The notes under the pieces: model-generated
Database searches by the model: none
What the model was told of the DNA's origin: nothing
What the model saw: only the letters and a program-made list of their open reading frames with translations
Source of the DNA: Chiloscyllium plagiosum
Lineage: Eukaryota
Assembly (NCBI RefSeq): GCF_004010195.1
Contig: NC_057719.1
Span: 67,211,065-67,275,064 of the forward strand
Length of the DNA: 64,000 bases
Reading direction: 5' to 3'
Translations under genes and position numbers: made by a program
In this document: positions 52,664 to 64,000 of the stretch, one piece after another
How the letters are laid out: each line of letters begins with the position of its first letter
Numbering within the stretch: position 1 is the first letter of the stretch

Positions 52664-53008
52664 GAGGCAATGGCCTAATGGTCTTGTCACTGGACTGTTA
52701 ACCCAGAGAACCAAGTAATGTTCTGGGGACTCACATTTGAAGTCCACCATAGCAGATGGTAGAATTTCAATCCAATAATTTTTAAAAACTGGAATTGAGA
52801 GTCTGATGATGACCATGAATCCATTGCTGATTGTTTGGATAAACTGATCTGGTTCACTAATGCCCTTTAGGGACGGAAACTGCCATCCTAAACTCGTCTG
52901 GACTACATGTGACTCCAGACCCACAGCATTGTGGTTGACTCTTAACTGCCTTCTGGGCAAATAGAGATAGGTAATAAATGCTGGTTCACTCATATCCTAT
53001 GGATGAAT
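52664..53008 (+). mobile_element. tRNA-headed SINE (non-HE1) sharing head with LINE 54335 and tail with LINE 3' ends
   Basis: A-box tggcctaatgg at 52671; body colinear with 54341-54603; tail ggcaaatagagataggtaataaatgctgg...gaattttaaaaaa. Confidence 0.8.
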
Positions 53009-54334
53009 TTTAAAAAAGTAGCATATAGTCTAGTCAGAAGTGAAAGATTGCACATTGACAAACTGCAAAACTAACAATTTACATGTCTCTTCAGCATGAT
53101 TACCTTTATTCTATCATGTATCAAACTGTCTGTGTGTTCCTGGTCTTTCTTCAATTCCACTTCCTTAAACAGGGGATCAAAAGCTAGAGTTACACATGTA
53201 ACTTATCTGTGCCGTCTGTCTGTTTTTGGATTTATTTGCCTTTCGTGTGTACTCAAAACTATGTAATTCATGAATGGCCTGCCTTCCTAAAGAAGGAATT
53301 GCTTTTAAAGCATTTTCTCAGATGTATGTAGATTTGTAATATTTCAAATGCATAGGCACACATTCAAAGGTCCGTGGAAGTATTTAAAATATTTATAAGT
53401 CATACTGAATGCATGCCTTACATTTCAAACAACATATGTAGAGCTATAATCCTAAACTAACAAGTATAAAGTTACTTCAAACCAAGTTGAATATACTTAT
53501 GAAATATAAAGGAAGTGCCAATCATGTATGGTGTGTTCTGATTTACAGTCTAATTTCAATAATGAATGTTTTAACTTTACAAGATGAAAAAGTGCTGCTC
53601 TGTCCTGTGCAAGTCACTCAAGGTGACAGGAATCTTGTGGGCACTGCAGAAAAGTCCCATAGAAGTCCGGAAATGACCCTTGCAATGGGATTTTCAAAGC
53701 AGCCAGATGAGAGACAATGTCTTCATACAACTTCTGTAACTCTGGCACGAACCATTAATACAAAGATTGGGGGAGGGTGTTTAAGAACGGAATAACAAAT
53801 GTAGTCTTTCGGCTACCAGGGACATTTATATACTTTTGACTCTTAGGTACATTGTATAAAAGTCAACCTTTTGAGCTTTTCATTCTAGCAATACTTTTTT
53901 AAACAGAATACGTTGGATATAATGATGAAATTGAATTCTTTGTGACAGGGAATCTATGTGGATCAGATAGCATGTAGCACCAGACTACTCTGTGGTCACA
54001 GTGGTGCGGAAGGGAAGCTGTTCTCCATTCTGAATAGTGTCTTTGTTCCTTGCTCTGCAGTAGTTACATTTTGCAGGCCCCACAGATACAACAGTGGGCA
54101 TATGAGAACAGAATCAAAATGAATCTTTAGTTTGAAGGCTGCTTCTTTGCACCATGTTTTAGGGAGGCACGTGGAACAATATTGGCAATCACAAAATGAC
54201 TTTATTATGTACAACCATAAAACTGTCTGCATTAATCAGCAGATAAAAAGTTGAAGTTACTTTATGCAGCAGTAAGATTGAGACATCGTTTTGCTCTAAC
54301 GTTTTTCTTGCATTTCTCTGTTTTATATTCAGCG

Positions 54335-56968
54335 ATGAAGTGGCATAGTGGTGGTGTCACTGAACGAATGCTCTGGAGACATGGATGTGAATCCTACTGA
54401 AGCAGAGGATAAAATTTGAATTCAACAAAAAAATCTGGTAATTATAAAGCTTGTCCAATGGTGGCAATTTAACCTTTGTGTGTCATAAAAGCCCATCTGT
54501 TTCATTAATGTCCTTTATGAAAAGGAGTCAGCTGTCCTTATCTGGTTGAGTCTAAATTTAACTCCAACATAGAGTGATGCAGGAGACTCATAACTGCCCT
54601 CTGAAATGCCTAAAAGAGCACTAAGTTAGATCAAAACTGCTTAAAAGTCTAAAGAAGTCAGATGGCAACCTGATATCCATCGAGGTACCAAAAACAACAA
54701 TGGTAATCCCAGCCATTGTCACCCTTGCAAAGACTTCCTTACTAACATCTGCTGGCTTCTGCCAAAATTGAGAAAGCTGTTCCATAAGCTAGTCCAGAAA
54801 TAGTCTGACACAGTCATATTCATAAAATCCCACTTTACAGACTATGTTACACATACAACCATCTTCAATCCAGTGCATGTCCTATCTCAGCAAAAATGCA
54901 GAACCCCACCCCCCCCCCCAGCCCTGGATGTGGCAATACAGTGGCTTGCAGTATACAGTCAATATTGACTCTGGACCCCATGAAGTCTCATGCTATCAGG
55001 TCAAACATGGACAAGGAAATGTCCTTCTGCTTATCAATACTGCTTGGCAGAGGAAGCAGCATACTTCCACGTTGAAAACCACTTGGAAGAAGCACGGAGG
55101 GTGGCAAGGCCACAGAATGTACTCTGTGTGGGGAATTTCAATGCCCACCACATAAAGAGGCTTGGTAGAACCACTACTAATAGAACTGGCCAAGTCCTAA
55201 AGGATATAGCTGCTCAATTAGGTCTGCAACAAGTGGTGAGGAAACCAACAAGGGGGAAAACATGCTTTATCTTGTCCTCATTAAATTACATGTCACAGAT
55301 ATATCTGTCCATGACAGTACTAGCAGAAGCTATCACTGCTAACTTCTTATACAGACAGCTGTCTTCACAATGAGGATAACCTTCATTATGTTGCTTAGTG
55401 TCAGCACTGTGCTAAATAGGATAGATTTTCAACAGATCTAACAACTGAAAATTGCACATCCAGGATGCCTTGTGGGCCATTAGCAGCAACATAACTGTAT
55501 TCAACCACAATTTGTAACCTCATGGCCGAGCATATCTCCCTCTCTATAATTACTATCAAGCCAGGAATAACCCTGGGTTAATAAAGTATAGGAGGACATG
55601 TCAGATGCATCACTGAGTACACCAAAAAAATCAGATGTCAACCTTGTAAAATTCCAAAACAGGACTACTTGCATGCCTGGAAGCAGCATGCAATTAACAG
55701 GACTAAACAATCGCACAAGCAACAGATCATAAGTGCTGCAGTCCTGTCACATCTAGTCATGAACGCTGGTAGTGAATTAAACAAATCACTGGAGAAGGAG
55801 CCTCACAAATATTCCTATCCTCAATGATGGGTGATCCCAACACATCAGGACAAAAGACAAGGCTGAAGTAGTTGCATCTATCTTCCGTGAGAAGTGCTAA
55901 CTGCTTAATCCATTGCTGTCTCCTCCCTCTGTCCCTAGCATCACAGTTGCCAGTTTTTAGTCAATTTGATTCATTCCAAGTAATAACAAGAAATGACCAA
56001 AGATACCGGATACTGCAACGGCTACAACAAAAGTCCTGAAGACTTGTGTTCCTGAATTTGCTATTCCCCTAGTTAAGCTGTTCCAATACAGCTTCAACAC
56101 TGGCATTTACCTGACTATGTGGAAAATTGCCCAGGTATGTCCTGTACACAAAAAGCTTAACAAATTCAAACAGCCAATTACCACCCTCTCAATCATCAAC
56201 AAAGTGATGGAAGAGGTTATAAACAGTGATATGAAGAGGCAGTTACTCAACAATAACCTATTTATCGATGCTCAGTTTGAGTTCCTACAGAGCTACTTAG
56301 CTCTTGACCTCATGACAGCCATTGTCCAAACAGAGATAAAAGAGCTGAATTCCAGAGCTAAGGTGAGAGAGACTGTTGTTGACATCAAAGCAGCATTTGA
56401 TTGTGTGTGACATCAAGGAGACCTAGCAAAGCTGAAGTCCATGGAATTTAGGGGTGAAACTCTCCATTGATTGAAGTTATATGTGACACAAAGGAAGATA
56501 GTTGTGGTTGCTGGAGGTCAGTCACCACAGCCCCAGGACATCTCTGCAGGAATTCCTCAGGGTAGTGTTCTAGGCCCAACCATCTTCAACTGCTTATTCA
56601 AGATCTTCCCTCAGTCAGAAGACTAGAAGTGGAGATATTCACTGATGATTCCATAATGTTCAGCACCATTTGCAACTCTTCAGATAATGAAGCAACTCAT
56701 GTTCCTATGCAGCAAGACTTGGAAAACATCCAGGCTTGGGCTGATAAGTAATAATAACATTTGTGCCACTCAGGTGCCTGGCAATGACCATCTTAAACAA
56801 GAAAAAAAATCACCTCTTAACATTTAATAGAACAGCCATTGCTGAAACCCCCACTGTCAACATCCCTGGGGGTTGCCACTGAAAAAACTGAACTGGACAA
56901 GCCATATTAATGCTGTGGCTACAAGAAAAGGTCACAAACTCGGAACTATGTGATGAGTAAATCTGACT
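54335..56968 (+). mobile_element. Decayed CR1/L2-group LINE with tRNA-like 5' head; EN+RT, no evident ORF1
   Basis: VLCVGNFNAHH (APE), WKIAQVCPVHKK, DIKAAFD, ggaattcctcagggtagtgttctaggccca (GIPQGSVLGP), ttcactgatgat (FTDD). Confidence 0.8.
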
Positions 56969-57050
56969 CAGCCTTCTGCTGAAACTGAAAGTAGTAGGAA
57001 TTCAATGCAAAATTTGAACATAGGAACGCAATAAGCTAAAATGTGTTAAT

Positions 57051-57254
57051 CAGGTAGTTCTTCTGTAACACAATGGTTGCATTTTTGTGCAACCCTGCAT
57101 TATAGAAAAATTGCACTTTAGAAACAGCACATAAAGTGTTGGCAATGTAATCGCATTTCAAACAATGCATGCTTTAAAAGTTTGCACTGTAGAAACAGTG
57201 TCCCCAATTTGTCAATCGCGTTATATGAAACGTGTGTTATAGCAGAATGACCTA
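57051..57254. mobile_element. MITE with imperfect ~21-bp TIRs (Tc1/mariner-pogo-like)
   Basis: caggtagttcttctgtaacac vs reverse complement of right end taggtcattctgctataacac; TA follows the right end. Confidence 0.5.
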
Positions 57255-60074
57255 TAGGTAACTATTTTGGGTGTAAAGCCAGTTGGAGGGCCTGTATTGA
57301 GTGGAATGTCATTGGGAGTGATACAGGGAGCCCTAGGATACCTAATCCTTGGCTTCTGAAACTCATGCCAGCAAAATCTCTGGTGACTCTAAATGAGAGC
57401 AGGGAAGGAAGGGAGTAAAGTCAGTTAAAGGAAACAGTCAAGGTTCAGATAAAATTAGTAACTGATCAAACCAACAGTAACAAAATTCAGGGTAGAAAAG
57501 TTTAATGTACAGTGCATTGTTTCACACATTTGTGTAATGACTAAAGTTGAAGCTGAGATGTAGAATGATAGTAGTTGCAGCAAACAATATGTTAATTCAG
57601 TGTGGAGCAGCAAAAAAACAGAATAAATGGAAATTTAAACCAGATCATTTCAGTACAAATCAGGTGATGTCATATTTAAACGTCTCTTGCCAACCTGCAC
57701 TTTGGGCACGTGTTCAGTTTCAGTCATAAAACATTAAAGGAAAACATTCAGTCGATTGAAAAAGCAAAAAAAAATTGCAGATGCTGTAAATCTGAAACAA
57801 AAACGGTACACATTGGGAACTCTCCGCACATGCAGAGACACCGAATCTGTTCGTATTGTAGGCTCAGATTGTTCTTTAAACAGATTTGTGGAAAGGTTCA
57901 CACCTGAAACCAGAACTAATCTGTCCAATCCTTGGGGATAATGAAGAGAAGGACCAAAGAGTTGAGATAGAAGGAAAGACAGAAAAAATAGTGCATTCTT
58001 TCCTCTTTATTGCTGAAAAATGTCCACCAGGTCAATATGATGTGTCTAGTTTGTAGGTAAAAGGAATTGGTAAATTTACAGTATTATGTACATTAGTTTG
58101 CATGTCATTTTCAGTCTATGGTGCTGGCTAGCAGCACTGCAAAGGAGATTCCCTAATGTGTAGGTCTCTGCCTGTCATACACACCCTTTCTACCAGCAGA
58201 TCCTTAGCTATGTCCCTTATGGCCCCAGGCTAAAGTTTTAGAGGAACTCGGGAATTTGACCACCAGTGTATAGTGTGCAGGTCCATTGGCATGTAGACAT
58301 GACCTAGTGTTCATGAGTCAAATTTCCAGCTATAGGGGCAATAACTGCACTGCATTGTCAATACTTCAAGAGGTGAAGGCTAAGGAAGTAACCCTAGGCA
58401 AAAAAAGGCTGGAGGGGATCCCAAAGGTGGACGTAATTTATTCCAACAACTTTTGCAATCAAGTCCGTGTAAAATCTAGTTCTTTGCATTATTTTGGATC
58501 AAACTGGTGAGTTCAAAAGGAGGGACTTTGATGTTTCGGTAGCTCAAGGTTGCCATAAAGTTTGCTCAGGCTTCCACACTGGTGAGGATGTTCCAATTTC
58601 ATTGCACCATATTTACACAGCTTGGTAGATGACAAGTGATAAGACCGGTCCTTTGGGCTGCCTCGTGTGGTGGAAGTGACCATTATTTCTCAATGATTAG
58701 TCACTGCCAGCCTCAGGTTAAGCAACTCCCAGCTCACAAGGTGCTGGCCTATCACAGCTCACTTGCGTCAATGGATGCTTGAAGCTGAGAACCTCTGCTC
58801 AAAACTTGGACTAGATCCAAAGAAAACAGACAAAAAAACCCAAAAAAAAGCCAACTCTTTGAATGGCATGCTGAAACATCAGGACCTTGTGGCTTTTCTT
58901 TCTACATCAAAGAAACATGCAACAACTTTAACAAAAATTCACTGCATATGACCTTTGGTGAGATAAAGTCAAATATGAATTATTAAGCTCTTTTTAAACA
59001 CAGTAAATGAGTGTACAGAGTAACAGATAAATCATCATGATTTAATTAAGTACAGAACACCCCCCTGCAATTTAACATAATAAAATAAGGGTGGCCTAGC
59101 AGGTCTTGCTGTTGAATCACTATGGATATGTTTAACTCCTGCATTATTACTGGACAATCAGCTCCCAGCCTTAAATCTATCTTGAGAAGTCATATTTTGC
59201 TTTTTCTAGGGGGATTTAATAGGTGGTTGCTCACTTGAACACAAGCTCACAATGTTTTTAACAATGAAACAGAAGTTATTATGCAAAAAAAGATGAAATA
59301 GAATAAAACTCATGTAAAGATTTTTAAACGTGTAGTAAAAATATCAAATATCCTTTACATTATTCAAAATAGAAAGAATGTTCTTTTATATCCCATATTG
59401 GGTTTTACTTAGATTTCCTGGTCATGAGAATTTTATAGCCTCTTGCTTGATTTGTCGTATAACTGATCTTAAGTATTCTCAGTTTCAAGTAATCCCTTCA
59501 GAATTTTAGTCAAATACTTCTGTTCTGGAACATTTGTTAAACTCCTTACACCAAGGTAACCCATTGTTAATAATTCTAAACTATCTGCTCCCTTTCTCAT
59601 GGGAAATTTCTTTACATGTTCAGCTAAGAACATGCAAAATCGACCAAACGGAAACTCTTTTACAAAATAAATTACCATGAGTACACAAATACTTACAAGT
59701 TAATCCTTAAAACCAGTCTCTCACAAAGCTTATATGGCACTGGTTCAAAGTGTCAAATAATCCAAAAATCTAAATAATTGCAAAAATCCAAACTCAAAAA
59801 TAAATTATATTAAACTATATATAAATCACATCTTATATCATATTAGAATAAAAGCAGAGCATAACAACAATAGGACTTGTCCCTTCAAGTAGCAATCCAT
59901 GTGTCTTATTTTCAGGTTGATGCACAACTGGCCTAATAAGTAAATGTATAATTATGTAACTCAAAGATATAGCAATAGCCTCATTTCATGATCTACACTG
60001 CTATTGTTCGGGGTAGGAAGAGAGGGCTGCATTTCCATATCGGTTCTCCCACCTGATGACAGCCTTGAATTGAT

Positions 60075-61065
60075 GAATCAGTACTCCACCATGTTAAACA
60101 CAATGTGGAAGAAATACCAATGATAGCAAGGGCACAGAAATTGCACTGGGTACGGATTTCAATGTCCATCAGTAAGAGTAGCATTATGGTGTCATTAGTG
60201 AGTAGACAGGCTGATTCTTGAAGTAAGTAGCTGCTAGATGGAGTCTGAGAGAATCAATACTAGGGGAAGAACTATTTGATCTTATTCTCACCAAACTGGC
60301 CCAAATGCGTTTGTTTATGAAATGGAGAGGCGTATCCACAACACAGTCCTTTTGGAGAAGATAACTTCTACATGTTGTGTGGCACAACACTGTGCTAAAT
60401 GAGCTGGATTCAGAACACATCCAACAGCTTGAAGCTGAGCATCCACAAGGTGCTGTGGGCAATGTGCAGCAGCAGAACCATTTTTAATCACATGGCCTGG
60501 CACATCCTTCACTCCACCATTATCATCAAGGTAAGAGTTAGGTTTAGGGTTCAATATAGAAATGCATGCCAGGAGCAGGATCTGGTTATCTAATATGAGG
60601 GGTCAACCTGGTGTAGCTATAATACTAGGAGGAGGAACATGTCATAGACAGAACTAAGTGATACCACAAAAAATGGAATAGATCTAATCTCTACAGACCA
60701 GTCATATCCAATCATGAATGGTAGTGGATAATCAAAGCTTCATGAAAATCCCAATTATCTTCAGTCAAAAGTTCCAAATGGATTATCCATGTCAGCATCC
60801 TCCCGAGTCCCCAGCATTACAGATATAAATTTAATTCACTTCTCGTGATATCAAGAAACAGCTGAAGGCACTGAATACAGTAAACATTATGGGTCCTGAC
60901 AACATCCTGGTTGCAATGTTGAAAACCTGTTTTCCAGATCCAGCATGATCTCTGGTCATAATTTGTTCTGTTCACAGAAAGGAGAAAACTCCAATCAGGC
61001 CAATTGCAGCCCCATCACTTTACTCTCAGCAAAGTGATATTGACAGTGTAACTAAGTGTCATCTT
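60075..61065 (+). mobile_element. Decayed copy of the tRNA-headed LINE family (EN/RT part)
   Basis: actccaccatgttaaacac, ggatttcaatgtcca, gggtcctgacaacatcc are colinear with 55060-56230. Confidence 0.75.
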
Positions 61066-62072
61066 GGTCAGAAATGTTTAGATTGGGCAGAGTCAGTATG
61101 GATTTGTGAATGGAAAATTATGTTTGACAAACTTGTTTGGGTTTTTTGAGGATGTTATTAACAAAGTTGACAAAGTGGAGTTGATGGATATAGTATATTT
61201 TCAGAAGACTTTAGATAATGGCATCCGGATGAGGTTGTTAGCAAAATTAAAGCTAATGGGATTACAGGTATTGTACTGGGATAGATTAAAGATTTACTAA
61301 TAGGCAGAAAACAGAGTATATGTTATTCTGTGTTGGCAGACTGTTACCATTGGGGAACTGCAAGGATCAGTGCTCGGGACCTTGGCTGTTCACAATATAT
61401 ATCAATGATATGGATGTGAGGACCAAATGTAATATTACCCAGTTTGTAAATGAGAAAAAGCTATGTGGGAATGTGTGTTGTGAGGAACATGCAAAATGGT
61501 TTCAGGAGGATTTGGATTGGTTTAGTGATTTGGCAAGAACGTGCAGATAGAATATAAAGTGGAAAAATGAGAGTTTCTCCATTTGGTAAGAAGAACAGAT
61601 ATGCAGAGGTTTTCTCATGCAAGGCTGGAAGTTAGTAGAAAGCAAACTATCCAGGTATATAACAGCCTTGTATGGCAACTGCTCTACCCAGGACTGTAAG
61701 AAACAACAGAAGGTTGTGTACACAGCCCAGACCATCATAAAAGCCAATGCCTCATACATGGACTCCATTGACACTTCTCATTACTGCGTAAAGGCTGACG
61801 ACATCATTAAAGAACCACACCAGTAATTGTCACCTGCCACTCCTTCTGTTATGCAGAAGATACAGAAGCTTGAACACATACACCAAGAGGTTCAAGAACA
61901 GATTCCTCCCCACAGTTATTAGACTTCTGAATGGACCTCTCTAACTTCAAATAATGTTGATCTTGCTTTGTGCATCTCATGTGCAGCTGTAACCTTGTAT
62001 GCCTTGCTCTGTCTATGCTCCCTGTGATCTGCTTGTACAGCTGTCAAAACAAAGCTTTTCACTGTACTTAAG

Positions 62073-62182
62073 ATTTGGAGATGCCGGTGTTCAACTGGGG
62101 TGTACAAAGTTAAAAATCACACAACACCAGGTTATAGTCCAATAGTGTGCTTCCAATTAAACTGGTGTTGTGTGATTTTTAA
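62073..62182. mobile_element. Small hairpin-type insertion with 13-bp TSD
   Basis: cactgtacttaag (62060-62072) / cactgtatttaag (62183-62195); perfect 22-bp inverted repeat 62109-62130 / 62162-62183. Confidence 0.75.
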
Positions 62183-62211
62183 CACTGTATTTAAGTACAT
62201 GTGACTACAAT

Positions 62212-62521
62212 GGGGTGGCACGATGGCACAGTGGTTAGCACTGCTGCCTCACAGCGCCAGAGACCTGGGTTCAATTCCCGACTCAGGCGACTGACTGTGT
62301 GGAGTTTGTACATTCTCCCCGTGTCTGCTTGGGTTTCCTTCGGGTGCTCCGGTTTCCTCCCACAGTCCAAAGGTGTGCAGGTTAGGTGAATTGGCTATGC
62401 TAAATTGCCCGTAGTGTTAGGTAAAGGGGTAAATATAGAGGAATAGGTGGGTTGCGCTTTGGTGGGTCGGTGTGGACTTGTTGGGCCGAAGGGCCTGTTT
62501 CCACACTGTAAGTAATCTAAT
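62212..62521 (+). mobile_element. HE1-type SINE with 7-bp TSD
   Basis: ctacaat at 62205-62211 and 62522-62528; near-identical to 11281-11606. Confidence 0.93.
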
Positions 62522-63361
62522 CTACAATAAATCAAATCAAATCATGTGCAAGGGGACTTAGTTGTGCTTGTGAATAATTCATTGAAGGCTAACACATAGG
62601 TGCACAGAAATTAGGAAGTATAATAAAATATTATGCTTTATTGCAAAAGGATTTATGTACAAGATGAGTGATATTTTGCTTCAGTGTGGACAGGAGCTTG
62701 GTTAGATTGCATCTGAGGTATGGTGTGTAGTTTTCATCTTCTTATCTCATTAAAGGTATCATTGCCATCGAAGGGGTGCAACTACAGTTCACCAGACTTA
62801 TTCCTGAGATGGTGGGACTGTCCTATGAAGACAGATTGGGCACACTGGGCTGTCAAAGAATGAGAAGTGATCTCATTGAAATCAAATACTTAAAAGAATT
62901 GTCAGGGTATGTGCAGATAAGATGCTTCCCCTGGCTAAGGCATCCAGAACCAGGGGACACAATTCAAAAATAAGGGGATGCTTTTTAGGATCAAACTAAG
63001 GAGAATTCTTTTTATTGAGAGTGATAAAATGTTAGAATTCTCTACCCCAAAGTATTGTGGAAGCTCAATCTTTAGGCTATTTTAAGCAAAGGTTAGTACA
63101 TTTCTGATTACTGATGGGCTATGTGGATATGTAGGGAAAAGGCATTGAAATGTTTGATCAACCATGATCATATTAGATGGCTGAACAGGTTCAACAGGCT
63201 GAATAGCCTATAATTTTCCTAGTTCCCCATATTTCTATCTTCTTACTAACATTCAGTTTGGGTTCTGTAAAGGACCATTTGGTTCCATGCCTTTTTACAG
63301 CCCTTTCGACTGTGGACAAAGAGCTAATTTTAGAGGTGAATGAGATTGCCTTAGCACTGTA

Positions 63362-63996
63362 AAATAGCCCACCACCAACATTCTGTGGCTACAAGAGTAA
63401 GTCAGAGGTTGTGTATTCTCTGATGAGTAACTAACCTCCTAACTCACTACACTTCTCCATCATCTCCAGACACAGGTCAGGAGTGTGCTGGTATGTTCTC
63501 CACTTGTCTAGATAGTGCAGATCCAATTACACTTAAGAAACTCAAACCATTCAGGACAAAACCACTTGCTTAAATGACCCTGTATCCACCACTTTAAACA
63601 TCCATCCCCTCCACCATCACCAGTACACAGTGGCAGCAGTATGTACCATCTGTTACGTGTATTGTAGCAAAATATTAAAGCTCTTTTGACAGCACGTTCC
63701 AAACCCATAACCTCTATCAACTAAGAAGGCTGAGATTAGCAAGTGCTTTGGAATACCATCACCTGTCACATCCCTCTTTAAGTCATACACCATTCTGGCT
63801 TAGAAATATATTACTACTGTTTCACAGTTCCTGGGTTAAAAAAACATTCCTGGAATTCCTTTCCTAGCAGCACTGTTAGTGTATCCATACTACGTAAGCA
63901 TCTATGGTTCAAAAAGGCAGCTTACCTTCTTAAGGGCAAATGAGGATTGGCAATAAATGTTGACCTAACCAACAACACTCAAACCAATGAATGAAT
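63362..63996 (+). mobile_element. 3' part of the tRNA-headed LINE family
   Basis: tgtggctacaagag...tgatgagtaa matches 56914-56960 and continues to the gggcaa...gcaataaatg...aatgaatgaat tail. Confidence 0.75.
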
Positions 63997-64000
63997 AGAT

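Larger units (their letters stand above)
61636..62543 (+). mobile_element. Rex1/Babar-like 3' fragment nested in CR1
   Basis: ESKLSRYITALYGNCSTQDCKKQQKVVYTAQTI; homologous to 2212-2708; tail aataaatcaaatcaaatca. Confidence 0.75.
61078..63218 (+). mobile_element. Old CR1 (RT to tail) hosting nested insertions
   Basis: GKLCLTNLFGFFEDV, FTIYINDMD, FTRLIPEMVGLSYEDRL; resumes at ~62544 after the nested Rex element. Confidence 0.8.

Noticed and set aside
53615..53742. Minus-strand peptide ELQKLYEDIVSHLAALKIPLQGSFPDFYG after a cag
   Set aside because: Protein-like by eye but unrecognised, weak acceptor, no supporting exons

Overview
Repeat-dense vertebrate DNA, almost certainly from a shark (inferred from HE1-type SINEs and HER1/CR1-type LINEs). 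I could not recognise any host protein-coding gene. The ORFs I could identify are decayed retrotransposon ORFs (CR1, L1/Tx1, Rex-Babar, Penelope GIY-YIG), and one 428-N assembly gap is present. Four structures stand out. (1) A TSD-bounded L1/Tx1 insertion (8669-11174) has a twin-priming 5' inversion and also carries, inside its own 3' UTR, a 283-bp near-perfect inverted copy of the flanking DNA. (2) A Penelope-like element carries a minimal hammerhead-ribozyme motif (core 5071-5098), and several non-coding palindromic derivatives of such termini are scattered through the window. (3) An apparently ORF1-less LINE begins with a tRNA-like Pol III head, and a nearby SINE looks like its head-plus-tail internal-deletion derivative. 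(4) A multi-layer nested insertion lies at 60-64 kb. All calls come from reading the sequence by eye; no searches were run, and boundaries of old repeats are approximate.
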